Shown: piece after piece, positions 25,471-38,063 of the stretch
Position numbering within the stretch: position 1 is the first letter of the stretch
Layout: each line of letters opens with the position of its first letter
Source of the DNA: Octopus sinensis
Taxonomy: Eukaryota
DNA: 64,000 bases
Assembly: GCF_006345805.1 (NCBI RefSeq)
Contig: NC_043013.1
Location: 48,856,001-48,920,000, forward strand
Direction of reading: 5' to 3'
Position numbers and translations under genes: made by a program
The notes under the pieces: model-generated
Seen by the model: the letters and a program-made list of their open reading frames with translations, nothing else
What the model was told of the DNA's origin: nothing
Database searches by the model: none

Positions 25471-26107
25471 CAACACTCAGAGACGCATACAACGCTCAGC
25501 AATGAAGGTGTCGATCAAGAAAGTGAATACTAAAAGTGCGATCAAGAGAGTACTAAAGAAGCGGTACTAGAAAGTAAAGTGAATGCATCTAACAGATTTA
25601 AAACTATTAACATCCTAGAAAAACATGTAGTGATGTGAAAATGTCAATGTTATTAACTAAAACAGTTTTAGGAGGACTGACCTTCAAAATTACCATTATA
25701 TAATTTGTCTGGATGCACACCAGACAAAAACAGAAAACCCATTCCTCGTTATTGTGAAACAGCGTATATATTCCTCCAAGAAAGATGCATGATATTTCAG
25801 TAGTTTCATATCTCGGAAACCCCACAAATTGAAAAAAGCGGTGACAACTGTTTACACCAAACGATTGTAGCACAATGTTTCAGTTACACAAAACATGAAC
25901 AAGAAGTACGTAAAATGGTGGCGGGATGAAGACATGGATTAAGTGAAGACGCACAAATGGATAGTGCTCGAGTAAAAGCAGGGACGGTAATCAGTGAACA
26001 AGATCAGAGATTTGCAATCAGATCTTGTCTTCAGGAAGAGATCCATAATACTGGATCTACGAAAAATATGAAGAACCTTTTGACCAGAATGTTTCTGAAT
26101 GCTTTGA

Positions 26108-26523
26108 TAGGCGCAGGAGTGGCTGTGTGGTAAGTGGCTTGCTAACCAACCACATGGTTCCGGGTTCAGTCCCACTGCGTGGCATCTTGGGCAAGTGTCT
26201 TCTGCTATAGCCCCGGGCCGACCAATGCCTTGTGAGTGGATTTGGTAGACGGAAACTGAAAGAAGCCTGTCGTATATATGTATATATATTTATATAAGTG
26301 TGTGTGTGTGTATATGTTTGTGTGTCTGTGTTTGTCCCCTTAGCATTGCTTGACAACCGATGCTGGTGTGTTTACGTACCCGTAACTTAGCGGTTCGGTG
26401 AAAGAGACCGATAGAATAAGTACTGGGCTTACAAAGAATAAGTCCTGGGGTCGATTTGCTCGACTAAAGGCGGTGCTCCAGCATGGCCGCAGTCAAATGA
26501 CTGAAACAAGTAAAAGAGTAAAG
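26108..26523 (+). mobile_element. SINE family A, full length, nested in the R4/Dong relic
   Basis: Near identity to 49012-49433 and 5666-6055. Confidence 0.92.
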
Positions 26524-26824
26524 TAGGAAAGATCGAATACATCCACAGGCTAATAAACCCATGCAGAGGAACGAAGAAGTTCATCAAACGTTTTCCGGGA
26601 AATCACAATATTTATGCAAACCAGAACATTGCACTACATGGAGGACCTCACGTATTACGGAGTATACTATAAATCAAATGAAATCATCCTTTTACAGTTT
26701 GGATCCGGTCCTACAGGATTCAAAATAGGAATACAAACAGGATACAAAAATGTGTGGTGAAACTGGAGAGATAGTGTGGCATATTTTAAGCGAATGCAAC
26801 AAACTGGCGTATAAAAATAAAAAA

Positions 26825-27312
26825 GGATCTTTTCGGTTTGAACAGCAGTTTTTTCTAGCGACGTCATATGAAATTGTCACCCATAATTATGACCCTAGTA
26901 ACGATCTAGGATCTTTTCGGTTTGAACGGCAGTTTTTAAAAATAATTTCCTCGTAACTAAACACTTTTAAACTTCGTATACTGGTAGAATGTGTTTATAA
27001 AACATCTTTTTCTCTTGGCTTTATTGAGAAAATTCTATGGTTTGTAAGATATTTGTTGTTTTTTTTCTTCAATTTCTGCAATTTCAACCAATCACTGACG
27101 TCCATTGAGGTAAAAAACATTCTGTGCCGTATGAATATGTCCCACGCTTAAGAAACAGATTGGGTTTATTTACATTTCTGAAGAAAAAAAGATACCATTC
27201 CCCCACCCCTAACCCTAACCCTAAAATAGATTGAAATGCAATAGATCGATACTAGGGCCATAATTATGGGTGACACCGCTAGAAAAAGCTGCCGCTCAAA
27301 CCGAAAAGATCC
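26825..27312. mobile_element. GGATC-ended MITE (Merlin-like) with an extra inverted right end at 26825-26908
   Basis: TIR ggatcttttcggtttgaac at 26825 and 26909, aaaccgaaaagatcc ending 27312; flanks ataaaaaa / aaaaaaaa. Confidence 0.85.
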
Positions 27313-27617
27313 AAAAAAAAGAAAAGAAGGCATGATAATGTCACCATAGTGGTTCACTGGGAACTATATAATAAGTTTGGATTGGAAAATGCAAGAAATT
27401 GATATTTTACACGAATCAATGGCTGTGGTAAAAAATGACAGCTTAGAGATATTTTTGGATTTCATAATAGAATGTGATCATGAAATTGAACATCAGGAAT
27501 CTGATATTGTACTGGTAGACAAAGGAGAAAAATCGTGCCTGGTTATAGAGATCGCTTGCGCTGGAGATAGCAGAATTGCCGAAAATGGAGAAATGCTGAA
27601 GCTCTGAAGAAAGAAAT

Positions 27618-27666
<49 letters not shown>

Positions 27667-27849
27667 TGAAATGAGGAAGATTTGAAGGAAGCCAAAGAAC
27701 TGAAATGCCGAAAGGGAAAACAATGAAAGCGGTTGTGAAAGGACAGTAGTATAAGTGCATGGGGATCCTGGAGGCAGATGAAATAAAACTTGAAGAGGTA
27801 AAGCAAATTACCCGTAGGGAATACAAAAAATGTTGAACCAATAAATGCT

Positions 27850-29040
27850 AGAGCAGTCCTCTAATCAGTTATGGGACGGAAATTGTTGACTGGACAAAAA
27901 CGACATCCGGAAACTTGGCAGAAAATCTAGAAAGCTGCTGACAATGCATAGAGCTTACCATTCAAAAGCTCATATCATCTAGATGTACATGAAGAGAGAC
28001 GAGGATGGAAGAGGTTTAATTGCTGTGGAAGAGTGTGTACAGATGGAAAACATGCCAACTAGAATATTTACAGAACGGCAGAGATAAATTGCTGTAGACT
28101 GTGAATAAGGAGCAGGTGATCAAGAGTGGAATAAGAGAAAAGAAGAATGAAATTCAAAGAGAGCATGTTAAATAGATTGAAGAGAGACCTTTGCAGGATC
28201 AGCTTTTGAAGCTGCTGAGGATTTTTGTGGAACAAAATCCTAGACTTGGTTTTAAAAGAGCAATTAGAAAAAGAAATAGAGAGCTTAATTGTAGCAGCTC
28301 AAGACCAAGCGATAAAAAGAAGCAACCTCAGAAAATGTGTGTATGGGAAGAAGGTGTCAGAAAAATGTAGAGTCTGTAGAACTTGGAATGAGACAGTGGC
28401 ACACATTGTTGCAGAATGTCCCAAGTTGGCGCAAAGAGAATATAAGAAATGGAGACATGACCAAGTTGTGAAGGTTTTATCCTGGAAGCTTTGTCAGAAA
28501 TGCTGATACGAATCTGGAGGTACATAGTACGATCATCGGGTCAGAAAAGTGCTGAAGTGGAGAACTGCAAAATTTTATAGGATTTTCCTATTCAAGTGGA
28601 TAAGAAGCTAGAAAATAATAAACCAGACATAACAATAATAGATAAGGTAAAACGAAGAGCTGGTTTCTGATTGGCCCATCATGCCCGTTTGATTCCAAGA
28701 CTGTAAAGAAAGTGGATGAGAAACAAAAATAATATAACCCTTTAAAATGTGAAATTGCAGGAATTTGGAATATGAAAACTGTAAAGGTTGTGCCTCTAAT
28801 GATTGGTGTATTGGGAACTATAAGCAAAGATATAGACAAATGGTTGAAGGACATTGGAATAGAGTGACCCGCAGAGCTTCTACAGAAAGTTTTCCTTTCA
28901 GGGACAGGAAAGATTATCAGGAGGGTCTTCATCTCTTTAAAGACTATTGAAAGCTTGTGGATAGCTAAGGTTACAGGTAGTAATCTGCTAACCACATAAA
29001 TTCTATCAGGAATAAGAACGAACCTGAGTCAAATCAATAA
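27850..29040 (+). mobile_element. Second R4/Dong-like LINE 3' half (RT thumb, CCHC knuckle, RLE), pseudogenised
   Basis: RKSRKLLTMHRAYH..GRGLIAVEEC, IVAAQDQAI..KCRVCRTWNETVAHIVAECPKLAQREYKKWRHDQV, NKPDITIID, VVPLMIGVLGTI; bounded by (TAA)n and (CAA)n. Confidence 0.9.
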
Positions 29041-29061
29041 CAACAACAACAACTACAATAA

Positions 29062-29865
29062 TAAATCTTTTCTTTATTGGCCACAAGGGCCAAACACAAA
29101 ACTACTATGGACAATACAACACAAGGGACAGGTAGGGGTAGTAAATTATTCCTGTATAAAATAAAATAAAGCAATAACAATGCAGAACAAAAATTTAACA
29201 ATAAAATTCCCCAAAAGGAAAAAGGTTCCACCCTGGGGCTGTCAAGGAACCCCACACATCCTGGTCATCCCCATCGCCAAAGTGTATCCCAGGCAGTCGC
29301 CTCTCTTCTCTTACCATCTTCCGGTTTACAGGCGCATGTTCGGAGTAGGCCCATACACATGGGTTATCTTAGCTACACACACCCACTTTTCAACAGAAAT
29401 ACTCGGGGGTGGAGCGGTATTTCACTCTCCGCCCTCACTTTCCTGTTCAAGTGGAACTTGAAAAAGTCGATTAAGGCTTGGCCGAAGAGAAAAGTATCTG
29501 TTTTCAGACCTTTCACTCTCGTGTCATCACTCTGTAGAACTTGTCTCGAACTTACAGAGACCCTCAGTAGCACTGTCAGGTCAGGGGTTTCTGACAATTA
29601 TCCATAGGTCCCGATCCAAAAGTCCTCCGAAAAAGACCAGCTAATTGATCTCCTTCAACGCCCCTTGGACTCTTGCCCGCCACTAGAACTCCCCCTTAGA
29701 ACTCCAATGTGGAACTTCTATCGATCGCATTGCCCAACTGGCAAAGGTCGACATTCCAAGTGCCAAGCGCTATTTCTTGGTCTCCGTTTGTTCAGGGACG
29801 GTAGCTACGTCAATGAGACGAGCAGCAGAAAATCCCGTCTGATAAACGGCGACCACACCTCCGAC
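29062..29865 (-). mobile_element. L1/Tx1-like LINE 3' fragment
   Basis: RVKGLKTDTFLFGQALIDFFKFHLNRKVRAE resembles the Tx1 ORF2 C-terminus (from memory); 3' end terminates in an A-rich/(TTG)n tail. Confidence 0.55.
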
Positions 29866-29867
29866 TC

Positions 29868-30215
29868 CGAAATGATGAAAGGTAAATTCTATCACAGTGG
29901 AATTTGATCTCTGAACGTAAAGACGGATGAAGTGCCGCTAAGCATTTTGCCCAGCGTGCTAATAACTCTGCCAGCTCGCCGCTTTACTTCAAAAACAGTA
30001 ACATTAATTTCAAATTTTGGCACCAAGCCTGTACTTTTGGGGGAAGGTAATTCACTTGGATTAAACCCACTGCTCAACTGGTGCTTATTTTACCGACTCC
30101 GAAAGGATGAAAGGCAAAGTCGACCTCGGCAGAAATTGAACTCAGAACGTAAGAGTGAAAGGATCGCCGCTAAGCATTCTTGCCAGGCGCAGTAGCGGTT
30201 CTGCCAGTTTGCCAA
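29868..30215 (-). mobile_element. Two SINE family B copies
   Basis: gaaaggatgaaaggcaaagtcgacctcggcagaaattgaactcagaacg and a second degraded head. Confidence 0.8.
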
Positions 30216-30514
30216 CTTACTTTAATAATAATAATAATGATGATGATGATGGTTATAATAATAATAATGATGATGATGATGGTTATAATAATAATAATAA
30301 TAATGATAATAATAATAATAATAATAATAGAGGTCTCTGGGTGAGACTTGGAGCAACTTGTACAAATGTAAAGCAAAAGTCAAACATAGAAAAAAAAAAA
30401 ATAATAATAACAGAAAGTATTATCTGCCTGAGGTTCTTGTTGTAACTTGAAAGATGACTAAAGACTCCGGTGCATTTTTACCTACACTGTGTTACGAAGG
30501 AATAATAATAATAA

Positions 30515-31083
30515 CAACGAGAGCACCCAGAGAGTGCAAACTTCCGCCAAGGCAACTCCAACGTCCTCTCAACGATTAGCCGGAGATGATTTTTAAAACG
30601 AGAATATCTGAAATAAACTCGACTGCTCGCACAAACGAGAATACTAAAGGCGAACCCGACCGCTCTCAAAAAGTAAGTAAAAAAAAAACGGAAAAAGAAT
30701 CCAGAGCCATTGGTAGTCATGGCACGTGAAGGTGGTTTGTAGAAAATTTAGTTACAGTAATAAATAGTTTATCCTTATCTAAAGTTAACAAATTCACCAT
30801 TCAAAATAGTTACAGCCTAAAGGGAGATAATTGAGAAAGACTTGAAAGTTAACGTAAGATCGTATTCATGTAAAGTAAATATAATCTAGAATCCTTGTCC
30901 GGTATCGGATCGATCCCCAAATCTAATCAGTTTGTGCCATTCATGAGGCCAAACATCCCTGAAAGTTTCATCCGAATCCATCCAGCGATTCTTGTCTACG
31001 GATATACAATCCATCAAACAAACAAACAAGCAAAGAACACGACTGAAAACAATACCTCCGCGTTCACTAAGGTGGAGGTAATA
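30515..31083 (+). mobile_element. Helentron/HINE-like non-autonomous element
   Basis: 5' acttccgccaagg and 3' hairpin acctccgc-gttcactaag-gtggaggt (subterminal inverted repeat plus stem-loop); no ORF. Confidence 0.45.
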
Positions 31084-31089
31084 AAAATA

Positions 31090-31295
31090 CTAATGGTTTC
31101 AACTTTTGCCACGAGGGCAGAAATTTTGGGAGAGGGGACGAATCGATTACATCGACCTCAGCGTTTAACTGGTACTTATTTTATCGACCCCGAAAGGATG
31201 AAAGGAAAAGTCGACTCCAGCGGAATTTAACCCAGTGCGTAGCGTTGGGCATTTCGTCCAGCACGCTAACGATTCTGCCTGCTCACCGCCTTGAA
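31090..31295 (-). mobile_element. SINE family B copy
   Basis: ctggtacttattttatcgaccccgaaaggatgaaaggaaaagtcgac...gattctgcctgctcaccgcctt. Confidence 0.85.
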
Positions 31296-31350
<55 letters not shown>

Positions 31351-31351
<1 letters not shown>

Positions 31352-32694
31352 ATAATAATAATAATAATAACAACGACAACGACGACGACGATGGCACTTC
31401 TAGTAAACTAATACAGTTTTAACGTCATTAAGTGGAATCTTACAGAGCTCCAACGCCTGGACAGGAAGACAAGAAAACTAAGAACCCAAAAGCAGACGTC
31501 TATCGTCTGTACCTACTTAGAAGTAATGGAGGAAGGGGAATGATGCAAATAGCACTGTACTATAGGACCTCCACAACAGCAATGAACAAGTTCTGATCTA
31601 GTACAGAGGACTGGCTTGTGTGCAAACATGAAAGCGGCAAAAAGTCAGATTCTATTGCCAAGGAAGCTTGCCAATTCGCAAAGGAACTTGGCATTCATCC
31701 TGAATTAGATGAAGAACCGGAAACCACTGCCACCAAAACAAGCAAAACGGATAGGAAAAAAAGAAAAACGGGCAGAAACAAACGGAAGAGCGGTGGAGTC
31801 AGAAGCCTATGCATAGACAGTATAAAATTCGAAGCCGAAATGCAACAACCCATCAGTGGCTGAGAAGCTCAGGACTGAAAGCAGAGACTGAAGGTTTCAT
31901 ATTAGCAGTACAAGATCAAAGCTTGCTTACCAAAAGCTACCAGAGTAACGTTCTTCAAAACGGTTCTGATCCTAAATGCAGATTCTGCGATATATTTGAC
32001 GAAAAAATCTCGTTTCGGGTTGTCCTGTGCCGACACTAAACGAATACAAAAATTGCCACGATAGGGTAGGACAGTATTTACATTGGAAAATATGTAAACA
32101 CAACAAAATCTGCCCTCCTGCTTATTAGAATGAACACCATCCTGAGTCAATCGTTGAAGGTAAAAATGTCACTATCCTCTGAGATTTACCAGTCAACACC
32201 GACAGAACGATCAAGGCTAATTGACCAGAAATAGTTATTAAAGACCGAGAAAAAAATACTTGCAGACTAATAGATGTAAGTGTTCCCTCTGATAAAAATA
32301 TATTTGCCAAGGAATTGACAAATTAATATAAGGACCTGGAAATTGAAATACAAAAGATATGGCATCTTAAAGCGAGAACTGTTCCTGTTATTGTGAGTAC
32401 TCTAGGTATGATAAGAAAGGGATGTCAAAAACATCTAGATAATATCCCTGGTGAATCATGTCACAGAGAAATCCAAAAGATTGTGCTGACAAGTACTGCC
32501 CACATACTTAGAAAACCCTATCAGTTTAAATGTCTGTGTTGTATTACATGAAGATATTTCGCAACTGACCCTGCCACTTCCCCTCCCCAAGCTTTCAGTC
32601 ATGCTGTAACATCTCTTATCTTGCACTCGCTCTAGGACGCTGGGTGTGTCTCGACAACTGATTGTAACAAATATGCAGATTAAAAGTAAATAAT
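31351..32694 (+). mobile_element. R4/Dong-like LINE 3' relic, tandem copy 1 (1344 bp)
   Basis: ELQRLDRKTRK..PKADVYRLYL..GGRGM, WLRSSGLKAETEGFILAVQDQSLLT..KCRFC, TDRTIKAN*PEIVIKD..LIDVSVP, EIQKIVLTSTAHILRK. Confidence 0.92.
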
Positions 32695-34038
32695 AATAAT
32701 AATAATAATAATAACAACGACAACGACGACGACGATGGCACTTCTAGTAAACTAATACAGTTTTAACGTCATTAAGTGGAATCTTACAGAGCTCCAACGC
32801 CTGGACAGGAAGACAAGAAAACTAAGAACCCAAAAGCAGACGTCTATCGTCTGTACCTACTTAGAAGTAATGGAGGAAGGGGAATGATGCAAATAGCACT
32901 GTACTATAGGACCTCCACAACAGCAATGAACAAGTTCTGATCTAGTACAGAGGACTGGCTTGTGTGCAAACATGAAAGCGGCAAAAAGTCAGATTCTATT
33001 GCCAAGGAAGCTTGCCAATTCGCAAAGGAACTTGGCATTCATCCTGAATTAGATGAAGAACCGGAAACCACTGCCACCAAAACAAGCAAAACGGATAGGA
33101 AAAAAAGAAAAACGGGCAGAAACAAACGGAAGAGCGGTGGAGTCAGAAGCCTATGCATAGACAGTATAAAATTCGAAGCCGAAATGCAACAACCCATCAG
33201 TGGCTGAGAAGCTCAGGACTGAAAGCAGAGACTGAAGGTTTCATATTAGCAGTACAAGATCAAAGCTTGCTTACCAAAAGCTACCAGAGTAACGTTCTTC
33301 AAAACGGTTCTGATCCTAAATGCAGATTCTGCGATATATTTGACGAAAAAATCTCGTTTCGGGTTGTCCTGTGCCGACACTAAACGAATACAAAAATTGC
33401 CACGATAGGGTAGGACAGTATTTACATTGGAAAATATGTAAACACAACAAAATCTGCCCTCCTGCTTATTAGAATGAACACCATCCTGAGTCAATCGTTG
33501 AAGGTAAAAATGTCACTATCCTCTGAGATTTACCAGTCAACACCGACAGAACGATCAAGGCTAATTGACCAGAAATAGTTATTAAAGACCGAGAAAAAAA
33601 TACTTGCAGACTAATAGATGTAAGTGTTCCCTCTGATAAAAATATATTTGCCAAGGAATTGACAAATTAATATAAGGACCTGGAAATTGAAATACAAAAG
33701 ATATGGCATCTTAAAGCGAGAACTGTTCCTGTTATTGTGAGTACTCTAGGTATGATAAGAAAGGGATGTCAAAAACATCTAGATAATATCCCTGGTGAAT
33801 CATGTCACAGAGAAATCCAAAAGATTGTGCTGACAAGTACTGCCCACATACTTAGAAAACCCTATCAGTTTAAATGTCTGTGTTGTATTACATGAAGATA
33901 TTTCGCAACTGACCCTGCCACTTCCCCTCCCCAAGCTTTCAGTCATGCTGTAACATCTCTTATCTTGCACTCGCTCTAGGACGCTGGGTGTGTCTCGACA
34001 ACTGATTGTAACAAATATGCAGATTAAAAGTAAATAAT
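32695..34038 (+). mobile_element. R4/Dong-like LINE 3' relic, tandem copy 2 (1344 bp)
   Basis: Identical to copy 1 wherever checked; four ORF-track entries recur at exactly +1344. Confidence 0.95.
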
Positions 34039-34065
34039 AATAATAATAATAATGATGATGATGAT

Positions 34066-34345
34066 GATAATGCCCTGATGCAGTACCAGGCAGTGGCACT
34101 CACTGTTTCTGTTCTTAACTGATTGGAAGTGTTATCATGTACATTGTTTTGTCTCGGTATAAAACATGGGCTACAGCAAATATTCTGCTCAATACCACAG
34201 ATTTGCTTGTCAGTTGTTTGACCTTAACCAGTTGAGCATGTCTCTTAGTGGCTGACGATATGTGCATCTCTGATCACGAGCAGAAGTAGTGGGAGAGCAT
34301 CATAGCCATGTGTTGAGAGGGATTCTTTGGGATTTGAATAATTCA
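34066..34345 (-). mobile_element. Probable SINE (family C) with (ATC)n tail
   Basis: Minus strand has a tRNA-like tgctcaactggttaagg head region and ends gcatcagggcatta(tca)n; single copy in the window. Confidence 0.45.
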
Positions 34346-34403
34346 CAGCGTGCTAATGATTCTATCAGTTCGCTGCAATAATAGTAATAATAATAATAAT
34401 AAC

Positions 34404-34444
<41 letters not shown>

Positions 34445-34560
34445 CAACAACAAGATGTAGAAAAAAGAGTATATTTTACCCCAGTGTCACTTTGATGCAT
34501 GCACTGCTTTCTCACTCAATAATAATAATAATAATAATAATAATAGTAACAATAATAATA

Positions 34561-34597
<37 letters not shown>

Positions 34598-35297
34598 CCT
34601 TTTCTACTATAGGCTGAAGCCCTCAAAGGCAAAATTGACCTTGGCGGAATTTGAACTCAGTACGTAGAATAATAATCATAACAACAATTCGGTTAATTTC
34701 AGCTAAGGGGGTTGGGCAGCTCATTAAGATCTCTAAGAGAGCCATATTCTGTGATAGAAATAAAACTCAGGCCCATTGTATTCAGCTGTTTTCTTCAATA
34801 GTGTTATAATATTATCTTTTATCTAATATATTTTATGATTGCTAATTGTAAATTATTGGTTTTAAATTTTGTTGTTAATAGTTGTTAATTATGTTAATAT
34901 GTAGTAATTCTATCACTGTCTAAAAAAAATGCTTAGATGAATCTACTGACATCGTTAATTACATATCTGTTGATATCTTCTCTTTCTTTCTCCCTCCTCA
35001 ACACTGCGATTTATTTATTAAGTAGAATTAAGCAACATTCCGTCTAAGGACTTGAGGAGGTTTCTTGCTCTCTTTTCTCTGTGTTTTTCTAGTTTTTTTT
35101 TATATATTTCTTTCTTTCTCATTCTACCACATATAACTGGCTAATTTCGGCTAATAGAGGGCCGCGAACTAAGTTCAGCATGAATCCACCAACCAATGAT
35201 GGACAAACAAACACTTGTGTTTTGTGGAACCACACGCACCCACAAGCACTCAATACCCCTAAGAGAATCGTAACACAATGCTTTCCCTTAAAACTTC

Positions 35298-35741
35298 GGA
35301 TCTTTTCGGTTTGAACGCCAGTTTTTAACATAATTTCTAGGTAACTAAAAAATTTTAAACTTTGTATACTGGTAGAATGTGTTTATAAAACATCTTTTTC
35401 TCTTGGCTTTATTGAGAAAATTCTATAGTTTGTAAGATATTTGTTGTTTTTTCTTCAATTTCTGCAATTTCAACCAATCACTGACGTCTATTGAGTTAAA
35501 AAGCATTCTATGCCGTATGAATATGTCCCTCGTTTAAGAAACAGATTGGGTTTATTTACATTTGTGAAGAAAAAAGATACCCTTCCCCCACCCCTAACCC
35601 TAACCCTAACCCTAACTAACCCTAATTAACCCTAACTAACCCTAACTAGCCCTAACCCTAAAAGAGATTGAAATGCAATAGATCGATACCAGGGTCATAT
35701 GACACCGCTAGAAAAAATTGCCGTTCAAACCGAAAAGATCC
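35298..35741. mobile_element. GGATC-ended MITE (Merlin-like), complete, 8-bp TSD, internal (CCCTAA)n
   Basis: TIRs of ~28 bp; TSD aaaacttc at 35290-35297 and 35742-35749; homologous to 26909-27312. Confidence 0.92.
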
Positions 35742-38032
35742 AAAACTTCTATTATAGTGAAACCTCACTTCGAAAATGCTCCTAGATGCCCCAGTTCCAA
35801 TACCCGTAACTTTATGAGTCACGTATATATATACGCTGTAATGTCTTTTATGTGCAGATATCTATTTCCCCCGTTCTATAGCGAATCACCATAAATGGGC
35901 ATATATCAATATTTCTATGTTTATCGAAGCTAACTCAATTGATAAATCAGAAAGTTACCTCTTAATTCGAGGTGAATGGAATAACTGTCACCATGTTGAA
36001 TATCATTAATTCTACCAACGCCAATAAAATGAGTTTTCTTAACACCGAAACGAAGTAGTTGCCTCCAGCATTTAAATAACCGTCCCATACATTAAATAAC
36101 TTTTCTATTTCTCTAATATAATAATATTAATGATGAGTTTTCGGTACCAATTCACTGAGGAGAGGAAAGAAAATGAGCCGAGTCGAAACCCAACAAACCG
36201 TCAACCCCATCGAAAGTACTTGTTGGGGAAAATCATATTGCGGGTTTTCTAAATTAGGACACGTTGTAGGATGAAAAACAAAATCTGTCAAAGGGCGGAA
36301 GGACTCACTCAAAAAGATCAAAGCCACCAAACAGAACCTACGCTGGCTTATATATAGCAATGTGCATACCAAACCATTGTCATATTCACATTTCACAACA
36401 CTATGGCGGATATTCATTAACAGTATAACTGGGTTATGGTTGGAAAAAAAAAGAATATGATTTGCAAAGGGTGACGTATTGATTAGCAATCAGCGTGTTA
36501 TAAGCTATCTCACACATGGCAAGGCAGACTAAGCTTTGTCGATAACCTGTATAGCAAGGATTTTCAATGAAACTACTGACTGCGTGTGAGTTTCAAACCT
36601 GTCTTAAGTGGTGGGCGCCTTTTTTTAAAATAAGGTTTTGAAAACTTCATAGAGATGATATCTCGAGCAAAAAAAGGGGACATTAGCAGTATAGCCTTAA
36701 AAATCGCTATCTTGATAGCTTGACGTCAGATTTAATCTAAACAAAAACGGTATGAATGGGGTTAGAACAAAATCAGAAGCCAGTCAAGATAATGCAATGC
36801 TCGTAGTTGAAACAAGGGCAAAAAGCAGCGCACAAAATGAAAGGATATTTGAAGAGAATTGCCTAGATGAAAACCAACGAGAAATCACCGAAAAACTGAC
36901 ACAAAAACCGGTGGCTATAGAATCAATTTGAGGACAATGAACAGAGCTAAGGTTTAAAACCAAAAAGAAAGCGAAACAAAGCAGCAAAAGATTGCTATGA
37001 TTACCAAGGGAAAAATTAACGATACCAACACATTGCTATTAGTAGTCGTTAGCTTTACTACGGCCGGATGCCCTACCTGTTGCCAACCCTCAGCTCTTTC
37101 CTACACGAACAGCATAATGGCTATGCTGTTTAAAATACGATCACATTTCCTACTTGATTTACACTTTGGTTGAATATTCCTTATGTATTTCGTACAAGTG
37201 TTTCGTTGGAACTTTATTTTTCTTGAGAGAGGCTATGTATTTAATTTAGTTCAGCTTGGGAGAATAGTTTCACGTTCCTCAACGGTGAGTGTTCCTTTCT
37301 CACATTTCTCTTTTACTTCTTTCTGTCGGGTTTCATTCTGCTTATTCAGTGGATCAGCCTCTGTTTAATTCTCATCTCCATAGGTAGATGGTTTGGTGCT
37401 ACTATGATGTGGTGCTTCCTGGTCATTTCGAGTTAGATTTTATTGCTGTGGTTGGCTTCCCTTGACGACACAGGTTGTGGGTGGCCAAAGAATTTTGGAT
37501 CTCATTGCTTGCTTCTAGAAATGAAGACGGTACAGTTTCAATTGTTGATTCACAATTTCTTTCCATCATTCCTTATAATGTTAAACAGAGCACATCCGTC
37601 TTCCTCTTCCTTTTCGAGTTTGGATAAAATGAGAAACCAACTACGTTTTGCACAAGGCATAGCTATATTATTTTTCTCTTCTCGAGGGCCTCTGCAATTA
37701 TTTGTGGAAGGTTGGTTTTATTCTGATGTATAATATTTTGCTACTGCTTGATTTCTCGGGAAAATCCTTCATATCGAGAGTTTTCCAGTTGGATAAAACT
37801 TTAGGAAAAGGCAAATTTATCGCAGCTCATATTTACACTCGATGCGATACGTGTATGCCTATTGATGGTGTTAACAGCATGATTCCTACACGTTTTCTTA
37901 TTCATGTTCGTTCATGTTATTAATATTTTGTGTTATAATTGTTTGTTTCATGTCCGGTAAAATGTATTATTTTCAACATTTTCGGTTTTCTTTTTAGTAG
38001 TATGAAATATTCATGGCCATTTTTGTCGGTGA

Positions 38033-38063
<31 letters not shown>

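Larger units (their letters stand above)
25600..27620 (+). mobile_element. Degraded R4/Dong-like RLE LINE interrupted by SINE A and a MITE
   Basis: MCGETGEIVWHILSECNKLA (CCHC knuckle) at 26750 resumes after the MITE as KRRHDNV..VHWEL..., DFIIECDHEIEHQESDIVLVDK..CLVIEIACAGD (PD-(D/E)xK); ends at (TAA)n. The upstream boundary is uncertain. Confidence 0.75.

Noticed and set aside
27207-35661. True telomere or chromosome-fusion scar from the CCCTAA tracts
   Set aside because: Both tracts are short and lie at the same internal position of two copies of one MITE
36180-36430. Possible Gypsy RT/RNase H remnant (PSKVLVG, LGHVVG, TKQNLR)
   Set aside because: Only short motif resemblances across frameshifts; no LTR, PBS or PPT seen
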